From the NCBI GenBank assembly GCA_965221905.1, contig OZ244922.1, positions 1,920,001 to 1,984,000 on the forward strand: 64,000 bases of DNA. The letters run 5' to 3'. The notes under the pieces were generated by a model. It searched no databases. It saw nothing but the letters and a program-made list of their open reading frames with translations, and was not told where the DNA came from. Each line of letters begins with the position of its first letter. The first letter of the stretch is position 1. Origin of the DNA: Chloroflexota bacterium (GTDB lineage: Bacteria; Chloroflexota; UBA11872; VXOZ01). Position numbers and translations under genes: made by a program. This document shows positions 39,294 through 48,970 of the stretch, piece by piece.

Positions 39294-40484
39294 GTGAAGG
39301 CACTGAAATTCATAGCGCGACCTGCGGCTGGAATGCCGCGCACCGTAGTCACTTTAAGCGCAGGCTTCTTCTTTGTTTTCATGGGCGCCAGCGCCTTTCA
39401 GCAATTCCTGATTCCCTATCTCACCGATAAAGGAGCCACCAGTGCCTTTCAGGCTTCTACCGTGCTTGCGGTTGTATACATCTCCTTCTTGGTCTGGCGC
39501 GCCGTGGTGGCATATACCCTTTACTACCTAGGAGAGTACTGGAGCACCGTGCTGGGGGCGGCAACGTACTCGCTCTTTGCCATTGGCGCTTTCGCGCTCA
39601 ATCGTTTTGAGCTCTTGTTGATTGCTGCCGGTATGTGGGGTTGGGGCGCGGCGGCGATGTGGATCTCCAGCACCACGCAACTCTTGGATGCCACGGCTGA
39701 TACGCACTATGGTCGCGCCAGCGGCCTGCTCTATACGGCGACAACCGGCGGGCAAGCAATTGGGGTGCTGTTTCTCGGCGTGCTTATGAGTGTTACAAAC
39801 GTTGAATTCGGCCCCCTGGTTGCGGCGGGCATCACAGCGATTGGCGTTGCAATCTTCCTCTTCCTGCCCTACCAGCACACGAAACGCGTCAAGCCGCGCC
39901 TGGCTCCCATTTTCAAGGTGCTTACCGTGCCGCGAACCGGGCTGGCGGCGCTCTTTCTCTTTCTCTCTTCGCTCGCCTTTGGGCTCATCCTAGGCAGCTT
40001 TAGCCAAATCATCGGCGGCGAACAGGGTCCCGGCGCGCTTGCCCTTATTACCGCCGGCTACTGGATAACGCGCATCTTCGGCAGCTACTTAGGCGGGGTT
40101 ATCGCTGATTGGCTCGGACGCGAGCACGTCTTAATACTCTCTTTTGGAATGGCTGGCTTGGGTCTGCTCCTGCCGACGTTCGTCAGCGGGTTGTTTACCA
40201 TGAGCATTGCGGCACTGGCGATGGGCTTGCTCAATAGCACGGTGCCGGTAGCGACCAATGCCATGATTGGCGATCTTACAACGTTCAACAATCGCCACCT
40301 TGCCATCGCATCGCTATTCGTGTGGCGCGACCTTGGCGTCGGCATTGCGATTCTGGCAGGAGCGGCCATCATTTCGCTCGTCGGCAGCGAACAATTGATC
40401 TTTGGGATCTTTGGCGCGGCGTTCTTGGTTGCAGCCGCATTCGCTTACTGGCTAAAGGGACAGCCCATCGTCAAGATGAAGTGA
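39294..40484 (+). CDS. MFS transporter
   Basis: About 12 TM segments, GGVIADWLGR motif A; start uncertain. Confidence 0.85.
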   Translation: MKALKFIARPAAGMPRTVVTLSAGFFFVFMGASAFQQFLIPYLTDKGATSAFQASTVLAVVYISFLVWRAVVAYTLYYLGEYWSTVLGAATYSLFAIGAFALNRFELLLIAAGMWGWGAAAMWISSTTQLLDATADTHYGRASGLLYTATTGGQAIGVLFLGVLMSVTNVEFGPLVAAGITAIGVAIFLFLPYQHTKRVKPRLAPIFKVLTVPRTGLAALFLFLSSLAFGLILGSFSQIIGGEQGPGALALITAGYWITRIFGSYLGGVIADWLGREHVLILSFGMAGLGLLLPTFVSGLFTMSIAALAMGLLNSTVPVATNAMIGDLTTFNNRHLAIASLFVWRDLGVGIAILAGAAIISLVGSEQLIFGIFGAAFLVAAAFAYWLKGQPIVKMK

Positions 40485-40572
40485 TGGCACGGGGGTCCTG
40501 CAGCCACGAACACAATTGGAGACTTGGGGGATGCCACGTACTTGTGTTGGGATTCGATGTGAGAAATACGAA

Positions 40573-40604
40573 GGACAGAGTGGTTGACGCAAGCCACTCT
40601 GTCC
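40573..40604. terminator. Hairpin between convergent genes
   Basis: GGACAGAGTGG/CCACTCTGTCC 11-bp stem. Confidence 0.55.
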
Positions 40605-40695
40605 AAGTCCAGTTCGTTCTCTGCTTCGTTTTGCTCGTCCGTCTCCTCTGCCAACCGCTTGGCAGCGGCGAGGAGGGCGGCCTCATTTGCCGTGC

Positions 40696-40935
40696 CTAAT
40701 TCTTATTCCTAAGCATTTTCTCAAGTATCGTCGCCTCTTCCTTGTTGGCAACTGTGATCTCTATTTTCTGGTGCTCTTCCTTGCCGAGTGCCCAAATAAA
40801 CGCTACGAACCAGCCAACCACCGTCCAGCCGAGCAGTAGATTTACCAGGAAGATGCGCCCGCGTTCAGTTTGCCGCCGCTTCATCGCCACCAACCAAGGA
40901 AGCATGTACAACACCCCGAGTACAAGATATTCCAT
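40696..40935 (-). CDS. Superinfection immunity protein (T4 Imm-like)
   Basis: YMLPWLVA..R..IFLVNLLLGWTVVGWFVAFIWAL signature. Confidence 0.85.
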   Translation of the reverse strand: MEYLVLGVLYMLPWLVAMKRRQTERGRIFLVNLLLGWTVVGWFVAFIWALGKEEHQKIEITVANKEEATILEKMLRNKN

Positions 40936-41024
40936 CTAGTTTTCACCACCATTTTGGCTAACTGCAAAAGAGAGCTAGTTCAAGCAAAGCCTAGTGTCTT
41001 GGTGCCCTCGCTGGTCGGGACCTG

Positions 41025-41342
41025 TCAATTCTCCTTTGCGGTCGACGACTTGGACTCTCCGCCGGCATCCGCTTTGGCAGTGCCCGCGGCCTTGGACTCG
41101 GCGGTTTCCTTTGCGGGAGCCTCCTTGGGTTTGGGGCTGCCGTTCTTTTCGTTCTTTCCATTGTCTGTGCGGTTGTCGGTTACGTACCACCCGCTTCCTT
41201 TGAAGATCACGCTTGCGGGATGGAACACCTTGTGCAACGACCCATTGCACTCCGGGCAGTTGGCTACCGGGGGGTCGCTGAAGCGCTGTTGCCGCTCAAA
41301 TCGATGGGTACAGACATCGCATTCATACTCATACAACGGCAT
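41025..41342 (-). CDS. FmdB-family zinc-ribbon protein
   Basis: MPLYEYECDVC..FE..Q..CPEC..FKGSGWYVTD with low-complexity tail. Confidence 0.92.
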   Translation of the reverse strand: MPLYEYECDVCTHRFERQQRFSDPPVANCPECNGSLHKVFHPASVIFKGSGWYVTDNRTDNGKNEKNGSPKPKEAPAKETAESKAAGTAKADAGGESKSSTAKEN

Positions 41343-41608
41343 CGAACTCACATACCTCCGCAATCAAGCCTGACGAATTGGCCGCCTAGAAAAACCTCAA
41401 AGCTATCGAATAATGTCACACCGGCAAGTACTACCACTGCCCAAGTGTTTCTCGCGTTTCCCGCCGCGGTCCAATCTCCGGCGAGTCGAATTATCTGCTG
41501 TGCAACACTATTCTTAGCACTTGGATGCAATCTCAAAGGGAAATCGAGAAAGCCGATCAAGTTTCATTTCCCAAGTATACCATCCACACTGGAACACGGT
41601 CTTTTGTA

Positions 41609-42583
41609 TCAAGACGCTTCCGGCAGGTGCAATACCAGCGTTTCCAATGCCAAGCGGGCGTTTACGTTGGCTCGCACCCACTCGCGCGCCTCGTCGATGC
41701 GCTTGATTGCTTTCACGATCTCTTGGGGAGAGACGGCAATGGCGGCTTCGTTGTCAAGGGCATGATTATCTAAGCCGGACCCGTCGGAGACACCTGTTTG
41801 ATACAAGAGAAGCGAGCGCCACCACTCGCTCCACAGTTCAAACAGACGCTCGAGATCGGAAACATCATTTAGCAACTGGTCCACCATTGCGATTCGTGCA
41901 GCCCGGTCGGCCCGGAGAGTCTCCACAAGTGCCCGGATGATTGACTCTTCTTCCACTCGAAGTTCCGGATGGACGCTCGCTTGAATTGCCCATCCCAGTC
42001 GTCCCAAGCTCGCGGCCCCGAGGAATGCTGCATCCCTTTCCGGTACCCCTCGCTGTTCCAACGTAGACTGAACAAGCCGCTGTGGCAGCGCCGTGAGACG
42101 CCACACCTGGCATCGTGACAATAGGGTCGGAGGCAAGATGTGCGTGGATGTGGCGGTGAGGACAAGCGTGTTGTGCGGAGGTGGCTCTTCGAGTGTCTTG
42201 AGCAGGCGTTGGCTCGCTTCAGGCTGGAGAAGGTGGGCATCGAAGATTAGGGAAACGCGCTGCGCCGCCTGATAGGGCCGCAACGCAACCGCTCGCTGCA
42301 AGGCTGCAACTTGCTCCATGCGGATCGACTTGCGGCCCTCCTCCAACTCCACCAGGTGAAGATCGGGGTGCTGCTGGCGCAGAATTCCCTTGCACTGAAT
42401 ACAATCCCAACACGGGTCACCTGGTTGGGCATTGCACAGCAGCGCGGCGGTCAGGTCAAGGGCGAGCGTTCGCTTGCCGATCGATTGGGGGCCGGCGAGC
42501 AAAATAGCGTGCCCCAAAGAGCGTTGGGCAATGGCCCGTTGGAGGAATTGCCGCACACGTTCATGCCCTACTGTTTTCCACAC
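41609..42583 (-). CDS. holB: DNA polymerase III subunit delta'
   Basis: HAILLAGPQSIGKR, 4-Cys Zn module, HPD, LLKTLEEPP, TLLSRC. Confidence 0.92.
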   Translation of the reverse strand: MWKTVGHERVRQFLQRAIAQRSLGHAILLAGPQSIGKRTLALDLTAALLCNAQPGDPCWDCIQCKGILRQQHPDLHLVELEEGRKSIRMEQVAALQRAVALRPYQAAQRVSLIFDAHLLQPEASQRLLKTLEEPPPHNTLVLTATSTHILPPTLLSRCQVWRLTALPQRLVQSTLEQRGVPERDAAFLGAASLGRLGWAIQASVHPELRVEEESIIRALVETLRADRAARIAMVDQLLNDVSDLERLFELWSEWWRSLLLYQTGVSDGSGLDNHALDNEAAIAVSPQEIVKAIKRIDEAREWVRANVNARLALETLVLHLPEAS

Positions 42584-42595
42584 GTCAAGACCCCA

Positions 42596-43843
42596 CTAGG
42601 TACAGTGGATTTCCGCCAGAGAATCCGCCCAATTCGCTAAACGCTGTGCCTCCTGTACGTAACCGTTTAGAACTTGCTCATACGCTTTCGCATTGTATGT
42701 CCCTTCAGGGCCCCAAAGCGCCTGCCACAGCGCTGCTTCCACACGCAGGCCTCTTGCCACGAGTTGCTCGCAATTCTCACGGGAGTTCACCAAAGGAACG
42801 GCGGAAAGGGACCAAGTTTCCAGATAGGTGGCCAGGTGCGCGAGCACTGCCGCCACCGCCTCATAGCGCACTTCCTTTAGCGCCGGGTGCAAGTAGATTA
42901 GCACCCAGCTACCGATGCGCAACGCCGCGGTGTCTTGCAAGTCCGGCGCGTACCCAATTATTGCGTGGTCCAAGTGGGGCAAGAGGTGGGCTGTAGCCGA
43001 ATGTGCGGCGAGTACGGTCCGTATGTCGGCAAGCAAGGCTTCACTCGGCCTGTCGAATGGGTTAGGCTCGGGCCTGAAGGCTTCCAGCGGAATGAGGTTG
43101 GCATCTTTGTAAAGGTCCCCCGCAAAGACATGCGTTACCGTGCCGGGTACGGGTTGACCCGGTATGTCTTCAACCCATCGTTGGATTGCAGTGCGTTGGA
43201 AGCGCTGCACGACAAATGCGCCGATGCGCTCCGGTTGGGACATAGGCAAACCATAGAGCAGTATGGAGAATTCCACATTGCCGAGGACAAGTGGATTTTG
43301 CATGAAGCGCTCAGATATCCCTTGATCGGTAAGCCAGGAGAGACGAATAGCACGAGATTCACTGAAGGTTGATCCACCGTCATCTCTGATCGGTCTTGGT
43401 ATGCCACGGTCAAAGAGCCATTGCTCGTGGCCGGCATCATCAATGAGTTCAAAGACATTGGCAAGCGATATTTGTCCGGTAGCTTTATGCCAAACCAGGA
43501 GCCCTCGCTGGAGGGGCACGTACATGTCGCCAGTGTCTGCATCTGTGTAGGGCGAGGCCACCGGATACCCTAAGGACGCAGCGCCACCGAGACTTTGAAA
43601 CACGGTATAGAATTGGGGGCCGTCGGCAATATCAGCAATAATGAAGCCGAACCCCTCGCCGTAACCGGACGCCTCACTGAAGAATCCTTGGTTTGGCTGC
43701 TCAGTTGTGGCGTACACGTTGCCACGAACGGCCGCCAGAGTCGGCGTCACTGTCAGGAAAGTGAGGCAGAAAGCGAGAAGGAGGCTGAAGGTGCATTGCC
43801 ACCAACAGTTACCCGACAATTGACTTCTTGGCATTGGGGTCAT
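42596..43843 (-). CDS. Secreted hypothetical protein with LGFP-like surface repeats
   Basis: Signal-like N-terminus; GGAASLGYPVAS, LYGLPMS..VQRFQR. Confidence 0.65.
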   Translation of the reverse strand: MTPMPRSQLSGNCWWQCTFSLLLAFCLTFLTVTPTLAAVRGNVYATTEQPNQGFFSEASGYGEGFGFIIADIADGPQFYTVFQSLGGAASLGYPVASPYTDADTGDMYVPLQRGLLVWHKATGQISLANVFELIDDAGHEQWLFDRGIPRPIRDDGGSTFSESRAIRLSWLTDQGISERFMQNPLVLGNVEFSILLYGLPMSQPERIGAFVVQRFQRTAIQRWVEDIPGQPVPGTVTHVFAGDLYKDANLIPLEAFRPEPNPFDRPSEALLADIRTVLAAHSATAHLLPHLDHAIIGYAPDLQDTAALRIGSWVLIYLHPALKEVRYEAVAAVLAHLATYLETWSLSAVPLVNSRENCEQLVARGLRVEAALWQALWGPEGTYNAKAYEQVLNGYVQEAQRLANWADSLAEIHCT

Positions 43844-44474
43844 CGTTGAACACTACACCCAGAACGTGGGCGTCGATCTGAGCCAACATTGCTTTGGCAC
43901 GCTGCATATGGTCACGTCGCGTCTGATTCGCGCGTACAACGAGCAGCACGCCATCGACGCATCGGGCCAGTGCAGTGGCGTCCGCGGCCAAAAGGACTGA
44001 CGGTGTGTCGAGGATGACGTGATCGCTTTGATGAGCAAGGTCGGCGATGAAGTCGGCCATGGGGCGCGAAGCGAGAAGCTCAGGAGCGTTATCCGGTACT
44101 GTGCCGGCGGTAAGAAGACGCAGTCCTGCAGCGCCACAGTTCTCGTGAAATTCAGGAGTCCCCCCGCCATTAAGGTAGTCTGCGAGACCGGGATTCTGGG
44201 AAACTCCAAAGGCGGTGTGTAAGCCAGGCGTACGTAGATTAGCATCGATAAGCGAAACGCTGAGACCCATTTGGGCGAGCGCAGCCGCAAGGTTAGCGGA
44301 AACAAGGCTTTTGCCTTCATGCGGACCGGCGCTCGTAACCAGAAGTGTCTTCTGCGAGTTTTCTTCTGCCTGAAAGCGGATAATGGTGCGCAGTGCGCGA
44401 AACGCTTCTGCAGCAGGGCTCATGGCATCGTGCAACGAGGGAAGCGGTACGGAAGTTTCTGTCATGATAGTCAA
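43809..44474 (-). CDS. CpsD/CapB-family tyrosine kinase (cytoplasmic part)
   Basis: AEAFRALRT, VTSAGPHEGKS, IDANLR, ILDTP, VLGVVFN. Confidence 0.88.
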   Translation of the reverse strand: MTIMTETSVPLPSLHDAMSPAAEAFRALRTIIRFQAEENSQKTLLVTSAGPHEGKSLVSANLAAALAQMGLSVSLIDANLRTPGLHTAFGVSQNPGLADYLNGGGTPEFHENCGAAGLRLLTAGTVPDNAPELLASRPMADFIADLAHQSDHVILDTPSVLLAADATALARCVDGVLLVVRANQTRRDHMQRAKAMLAQIDAHVLGVVFNDDPNAKKSIVG

Positions 44475-44505
44475 TGCCTCACGTCGTCAAGGGCAGTTGG
44501 GTAGA

Positions 44506-45213
44506 TTACGTCGTTTGCTCGCCAAGATTACTATTGGATGTTGCAACCGGGGGTATGCAGGCCACTGAGGACACACCAAGAAGCTGCTCGGCCTCCTCTC
44601 GCAAGCGAACGCGGGGATCTAGGAATTCCATTGCTAGCGCCAACACTACGCCAGCCATCGTGCCAAGCACAAGCGCAACCGCCACGTTGAAACGCAATCG
44701 TGGGCCGATCTGTCCAGCGCTACTCGCCTTATCAAGCACCTGCGCGCGTAAGAAGATGTCTCCACCCGGTCCGCTGCTCTGCTCGGACTCTGCCAGTCGC
44801 GCGAGTTCATCTGCAAACCCATTAGCAACGTGAACTGCCTGCTCCGCAGAGGTACTCTCGGCCTGGATTATGACTTTGTAGCTGGCCGGCACGATAATCA
44901 TCCGCAGTCCGCTCAGCACATTCCCCGGCGGAACATCAAGCTGCTTTTGCTCAACAACGCGTTGCGCTACTTCCCAGGTCTTCACGCGTTCAACATATGT
45001 GTTCATCAGCCGTTCTACAGCTTGTATCGTCCAGTAGTCGATTACGTTGGGCGTAACCAAGACACTCACCCCAGCTTGGTATACGGGCTGCTGGCGACTG
45101 CTATAGAAGTAGGACGTGAGTGCGGCGATGACGGCCACGACAAGCACTATCCAATAGCGCCGTCGTATGACGCCGGTGTAGTCTCGTAGTCTTAGGGATG
45201 CGATCTCAAGCAT
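44506..45213 (-). CDS. Wzz/CpsC-like chain-length regulator
   Basis: Two TM helices, PVYQA after TM1, EFLDPRVR..E..LGV..VACIP tail. Confidence 0.85.
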   Translation of the reverse strand: MLEIASLRLRDYTGVIRRRYWIVLVVAVIAALTSYFYSSRQQPVYQAGVSVLVTPNVIDYWTIQAVERLMNTYVERVKTWEVAQRVVEQKQLDVPPGNVLSGLRMIIVPASYKVIIQAESTSAEQAVHVANGFADELARLAESEQSSGPGGDIFLRAQVLDKASSAGQIGPRLRFNVAVALVLGTMAGVVLALAMEFLDPRVRLREEAEQLLGVSSVACIPPVATSNSNLGEQTT

Positions 45214-45238
45214 TCATCGTGCCTTGGCGTCGCTGCAG

Positions 45239-45976
45239 CTACGACTCTTCCGAATCACTGTGACCGGACGCCGCTAGATGCTCGGGAATAGGTGGGATAT
45301 TCGCAAGAACCGGAATAAGGAGGGCTTCCTCTACGTCCTCCCGTGATCGACATAAACCCGATAGTACCTCTAGCACGAACGCAAATCCGGTAACAAGGAG
45401 AAAAGCGACCAGCGTACGGGCAAAGATGTCGAGGCCGAGGCGCACTAGAGACGTAGCTTCCGGTTCACTTGCCGGATCGACAATCTGCACGCTTACAAGC
45501 TCTTTACGCACGCTAGCGAATAAGTCCCCCGCTCTTGTTTCAAGAATGGTTTCCGCGGCATCTGCCAATGCCTGGGCAACTCTTGGATCGCTACTGGTGA
45601 AGGTGAGCTCCAAGAGACGGCTGTCTTGTTCGATGCTGAGGGAATCTGAAATCTCCCGCGGCGTCAACTGTAATTCGTAGCTTTGCGCAATAATCTCGGC
45701 GATGTCTGCGGCAAATGCTAGGCCTTCAACAATCTCTGCAAAGTCTTCGATGTTGTATTGGGCTATGAGCTGGCGAAAGTATTCCTGGGAGTAGTAGAAC
45801 CCTGCCTCTTGGTCTGCGGGCGGCGGAACCGGCTGCACGTGTACCCGCACCGATGACTCGTAGGCGTTGGGCCAAATGAGCGCTAAGAGCACACTGCCGA
45901 CGAACGCCACAATCGTGACGCTCAGAATTAGCTTCTTTCTCGCTCCAAGGATTCGGAGATAGAACTGGATGCTCAT
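45239..45976 (-). CDS. Second Wzz/CpsC-like protein
   Basis: Two TM helices, YES after TM1, VDPA, SREDVEEALLIPVLANIP tail. Confidence 0.82.
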   Translation of the reverse strand: MSIQFYLRILGARKKLILSVTIVAFVGSVLLALIWPNAYESSVRVHVQPVPPPADQEAGFYYSQEYFRQLIAQYNIEDFAEIVEGLAFAADIAEIIAQSYELQLTPREISDSLSIEQDSRLLELTFTSSDPRVAQALADAAETILETRAGDLFASVRKELVSVQIVDPASEPEATSLVRLGLDIFARTLVAFLLVTGFAFVLEVLSGLCRSREDVEEALLIPVLANIPPIPEHLAASGHSDSEES

Positions 45977-46051
45977 GGACGGCCTAGGTGTGCGCTCAAT
46001 TTAATTTCATCATAACAGATTCTTCACCTACTCCCGAAGTTTGCGCGACGC

Positions 46052-47161
46052 CTAGTCTCTTGAAAGGTTTAGGCCACTTGGACCCGCGTCAACGAGAGAT
46101 GCTAGCTTCTCTTTGAAAATGCGAGTGTCGAACGTTGCGGCATGTGCGGCTATCTGCTCGGCACTAAACGCCATGGCGTTGAATCGCTCTATGGCTTCGC
46201 ACAGTGATTCCACCTTCTGCTCCAAGAAGAAGAGGCCGGTTTCGCCATCCACGACCGTATCAAGCGCGCCTCCGGCGGCGTAGGCAATGACCGGCCTACC
46301 CGAGGCTTGCGTTTCGACGGGAACAAGGCCAAAGTCCTCCTCGCCCGGAAAGATGAGCGCTTGGCACTGGGAAAACTGGCGGCGCCGCTCTTCATTACTT
46401 ACATAACCCAGGAACTGCACGTTGGACTGCGCCATTGCTTCCAGGCGGGTGCGGTCTCGGCCATCGCCAATGATCCGAAGCGGCAAGCGGAGCCGGTTGA
46501 AGGCTTGCACCACTAAGTCCACCCGCTTGTAAGGGACCAGACGCGAGACCACCAAGAAGTAGTCGTCAATCTTACTGGAAGGAGAAAATTGCGTTGTGTC
46601 GACCGGTGGATAGAGAATGGTGGCTTCTCGCTTATAGAGTTTCCGAATTCTTGCAGCCACCGCCCGCGAAATCGCAACAAAATCGTCCACCCGCGCACTA
46701 TTTGTTACATCCCACGCACGAATCCAAGTAAGCATTGGCGGCAAGATCTTTTGTGACAGCCAGCCGACTTGCTCCCCCGCCAGGTATTCATGCGTGTTCC
46801 AAGCAAAGCGCATAGGGGAAAGGCAGTAGCATATGTGCCAAGCGTCTTCGCGCGTAATAACACCTTTGCACCAAGCGCTGCTGTTACTTAGAACGACGTC
46901 AAATTCGCGGAGGTCAAGATGCTCGAAAGCCACCGGATAGAGCGGGAGTAGCTTTTGGTGACGGGGATAGCGCGTAAACGGGCCGAATTTCTGCAGGAAG
47001 GTCGTGCGAATGTCGAACTCGCGGAAAGCCGGGGGCATGGCCTCGGGGCGGTAGAAGGACGTGTAAATGGGGGCCTGGGGGAATATCTCGTGAAGGGTGT
47101 GCAGCACGTTTTCCGCGCCACCCATCTGATTGAGGTAGTCATGTAGGATCGCAATACGCAT
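46052..47161 (-). CDS. Glycosyltransferase family 4
   Basis: HDYLNQMGGAE, SRLVPYKR, EDFGLVPVE. Confidence 0.93.
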   Translation of the reverse strand: MRIAILHDYLNQMGGAENVLHTLHEIFPQAPIYTSFYRPEAMPPAFREFDIRTTFLQKFGPFTRYPRHQKLLPLYPVAFEHLDLREFDVVLSNSSAWCKGVITREDAWHICYCLSPMRFAWNTHEYLAGEQVGWLSQKILPPMLTWIRAWDVTNSARVDDFVAISRAVAARIRKLYKREATILYPPVDTTQFSPSSKIDDYFLVVSRLVPYKRVDLVVQAFNRLRLPLRIIGDGRDRTRLEAMAQSNVQFLGYVSNEERRRQFSQCQALIFPGEEDFGLVPVETQASGRPVIAYAAGGALDTVVDGETGLFFLEQKVESLCEAIERFNAMAFSAEQIAAHAATFDTRIFKEKLASLVDAGPSGLNLSRD

Positions 47162-47503
47162 TGACAGAGGAAGACCACCTACGCGATTACAGGACTAGGC
47201 GCGCTTCGTTGTGCCAGCGGCCTGGTAGGAAAACTTCGTGATACTTGGCTGTGAACAATTCAGGATTAGCTATCTACTGACCCAATGTCAGCTTTAAATG
47301 GGAACTGAAAAGAGGCAATGATTTGCTTCTATCGTCACAGGAGAAGAGTATTGGCAGGGTAAGGTTCCCCAAGATGAATCAATGAACTTCATGATAGGGT
47401 GTGTCGAAATCCAGACACAGAACCGCCTTGGATGGTCTTAGAGTCTTGGTGACACCTCGCTGGGCATCCCATCTGTCGATGGTCCTGCCAAGAAGCGTCT
47501 TGC

Positions 47504-48970
47504 TCAATAGGCGCCGTCACGACCGATTACTGCAGGAATCGTGCGTATGATTAGATTGATGTCGAGACCGAGTGACCAGTTGTCGATGTAATAGATGTCC
47601 ATCATCACCATCTCTTCAAATGGGACGTTGCTCCGTCCATTCACTTGCCACAGGCCGGTAAGACCGGGCTTTACAATGAGACGCTTCTTTTGCCACTCTT
47701 CATATTGGTCCACTTCTTCCGAAAGCGGGGCGCGGGGACCGACCAGGCTCATGTCGCCACGCAAGATGTTCCAAAACTGCGGCAGTTCATCGAGCGACAG
47801 CCTGCGCAACCAGGCTCCTACTCTTGTGCGCCGAGGATCGTTTTCAATCTTGAATAGCGGGCCGTCGGCCTGATTGCGATCTGCAAGGGAAGCGCGCAGT
47901 TGCTCAGCATCTTCACGCATCGAACGAAACTTGAACATTCTGAATGGCTTACCGTCCTGGCCTACGCGTTCTGCCGCGTAAAATACCGGCCCGGACGACT
48001 CGAGTTTGATGGCGAGCGCAATCAATAAGAAAACCGGGCTTCCCAAGAGAAGCACTACGGCGGAGACGCCAGTATCAATGAGACGCTTCAAGATGAAGTT
48101 CCAGCCTACAATGCCGCCGTCTTTTAGACCGATGATGGGAATGCCGCCGATCGAATCGAGGTCCACCGTGTTGAGTTGAATTTCAAAGAGGTCGGGAACG
48201 ACGTAGAATCCCACACGCTGCTGCTTGCACTGTTCTATTATCTCGGCGATGCTGCGGTGTTCCGTTGCGGGCAGAGCGATTATGACCCGTTCCACGCCAT
48301 GGGCCTGCACAGCGTGAGCGAGATGATCGACCGGCCCCAACACTTTGATGCGGCCGAAATGTGCTCCTCGCGCAAAATGATCGTCATCTAGAAATCCGAT
48401 GAGCCGGTATCCCATGTTTTGATGAGTTACAACCTGCTGCATGATCATCTTGCCATGCATACCGCCTCCCACTACTACCAATTGCTCAAGAAGCCGGCCG
48501 CGCCGTCGGAGCGCATCGACCCCTAGTCGCGTGAGCAAGCGGCTTGCACTGATAATTAGCGGGGTGTTCAGCCAAAGGAAGATGAACATGCCGCGAGAGT
48601 ATCCGGCATATCCCTCCGGACGATACAAGAAAAACACGGCGATGATAAAGAACGCCGCAAGCGTGGATCCTAAGAAGATTCGCCCTATTTCTTCTACCAG
48701 GCCGGTGGATCTCCGCAGGCGGTAGACGCGCGCAATTTGGAATGCAACGAATACGAGCGCGATATGCGCAATGAGCACCGGCTGATAGTAGCGAAATTCC
48801 AGGTGTTGGAATTCCGTCAGATCCGGCCCAATTTCCATCTCGTAACGCAGCCACCAAGAGAAATAAAGGGCAAGACCGGCAAGGATGAGGTCGAGGAAGA
48901 CTACAAGCAGCTTCGCGGTGAGCCGGTGTCTTCGCTTGGTTTTCGTTGGCGAGACCATTGAAGCAATCAT
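47504..48970 (-). CDS. Undecaprenyl-phosphate hexose phosphotransferase (priming sugar transferase)
   Basis: KRLID, KFRSM, DPRRTRVG, LDELPQ, GDMSLVGPR, KPGLTGLWQV. Confidence 0.95.
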   Translation of the reverse strand: MIASMVSPTKTKRRHRLTAKLLVVFLDLILAGLALYFSWWLRYEMEIGPDLTEFQHLEFRYYQPVLIAHIALVFVAFQIARVYRLRRSTGLVEEIGRIFLGSTLAAFFIIAVFFLYRPEGYAGYSRGMFIFLWLNTPLIISASRLLTRLGVDALRRRGRLLEQLVVVGGGMHGKMIMQQVVTHQNMGYRLIGFLDDDHFARGAHFGRIKVLGPVDHLAHAVQAHGVERVIIALPATEHRSIAEIIEQCKQQRVGFYVVPDLFEIQLNTVDLDSIGGIPIIGLKDGGIVGWNFILKRLIDTGVSAVVLLLGSPVFLLIALAIKLESSGPVFYAAERVGQDGKPFRMFKFRSMREDAEQLRASLADRNQADGPLFKIENDPRRTRVGAWLRRLSLDELPQFWNILRGDMSLVGPRAPLSEEVDQYEEWQKKRLIVKPGLTGLWQVNGRSNVPFEEMVMMDIYYIDNWSLGLDINLIIRTIPAVIGRDGAY

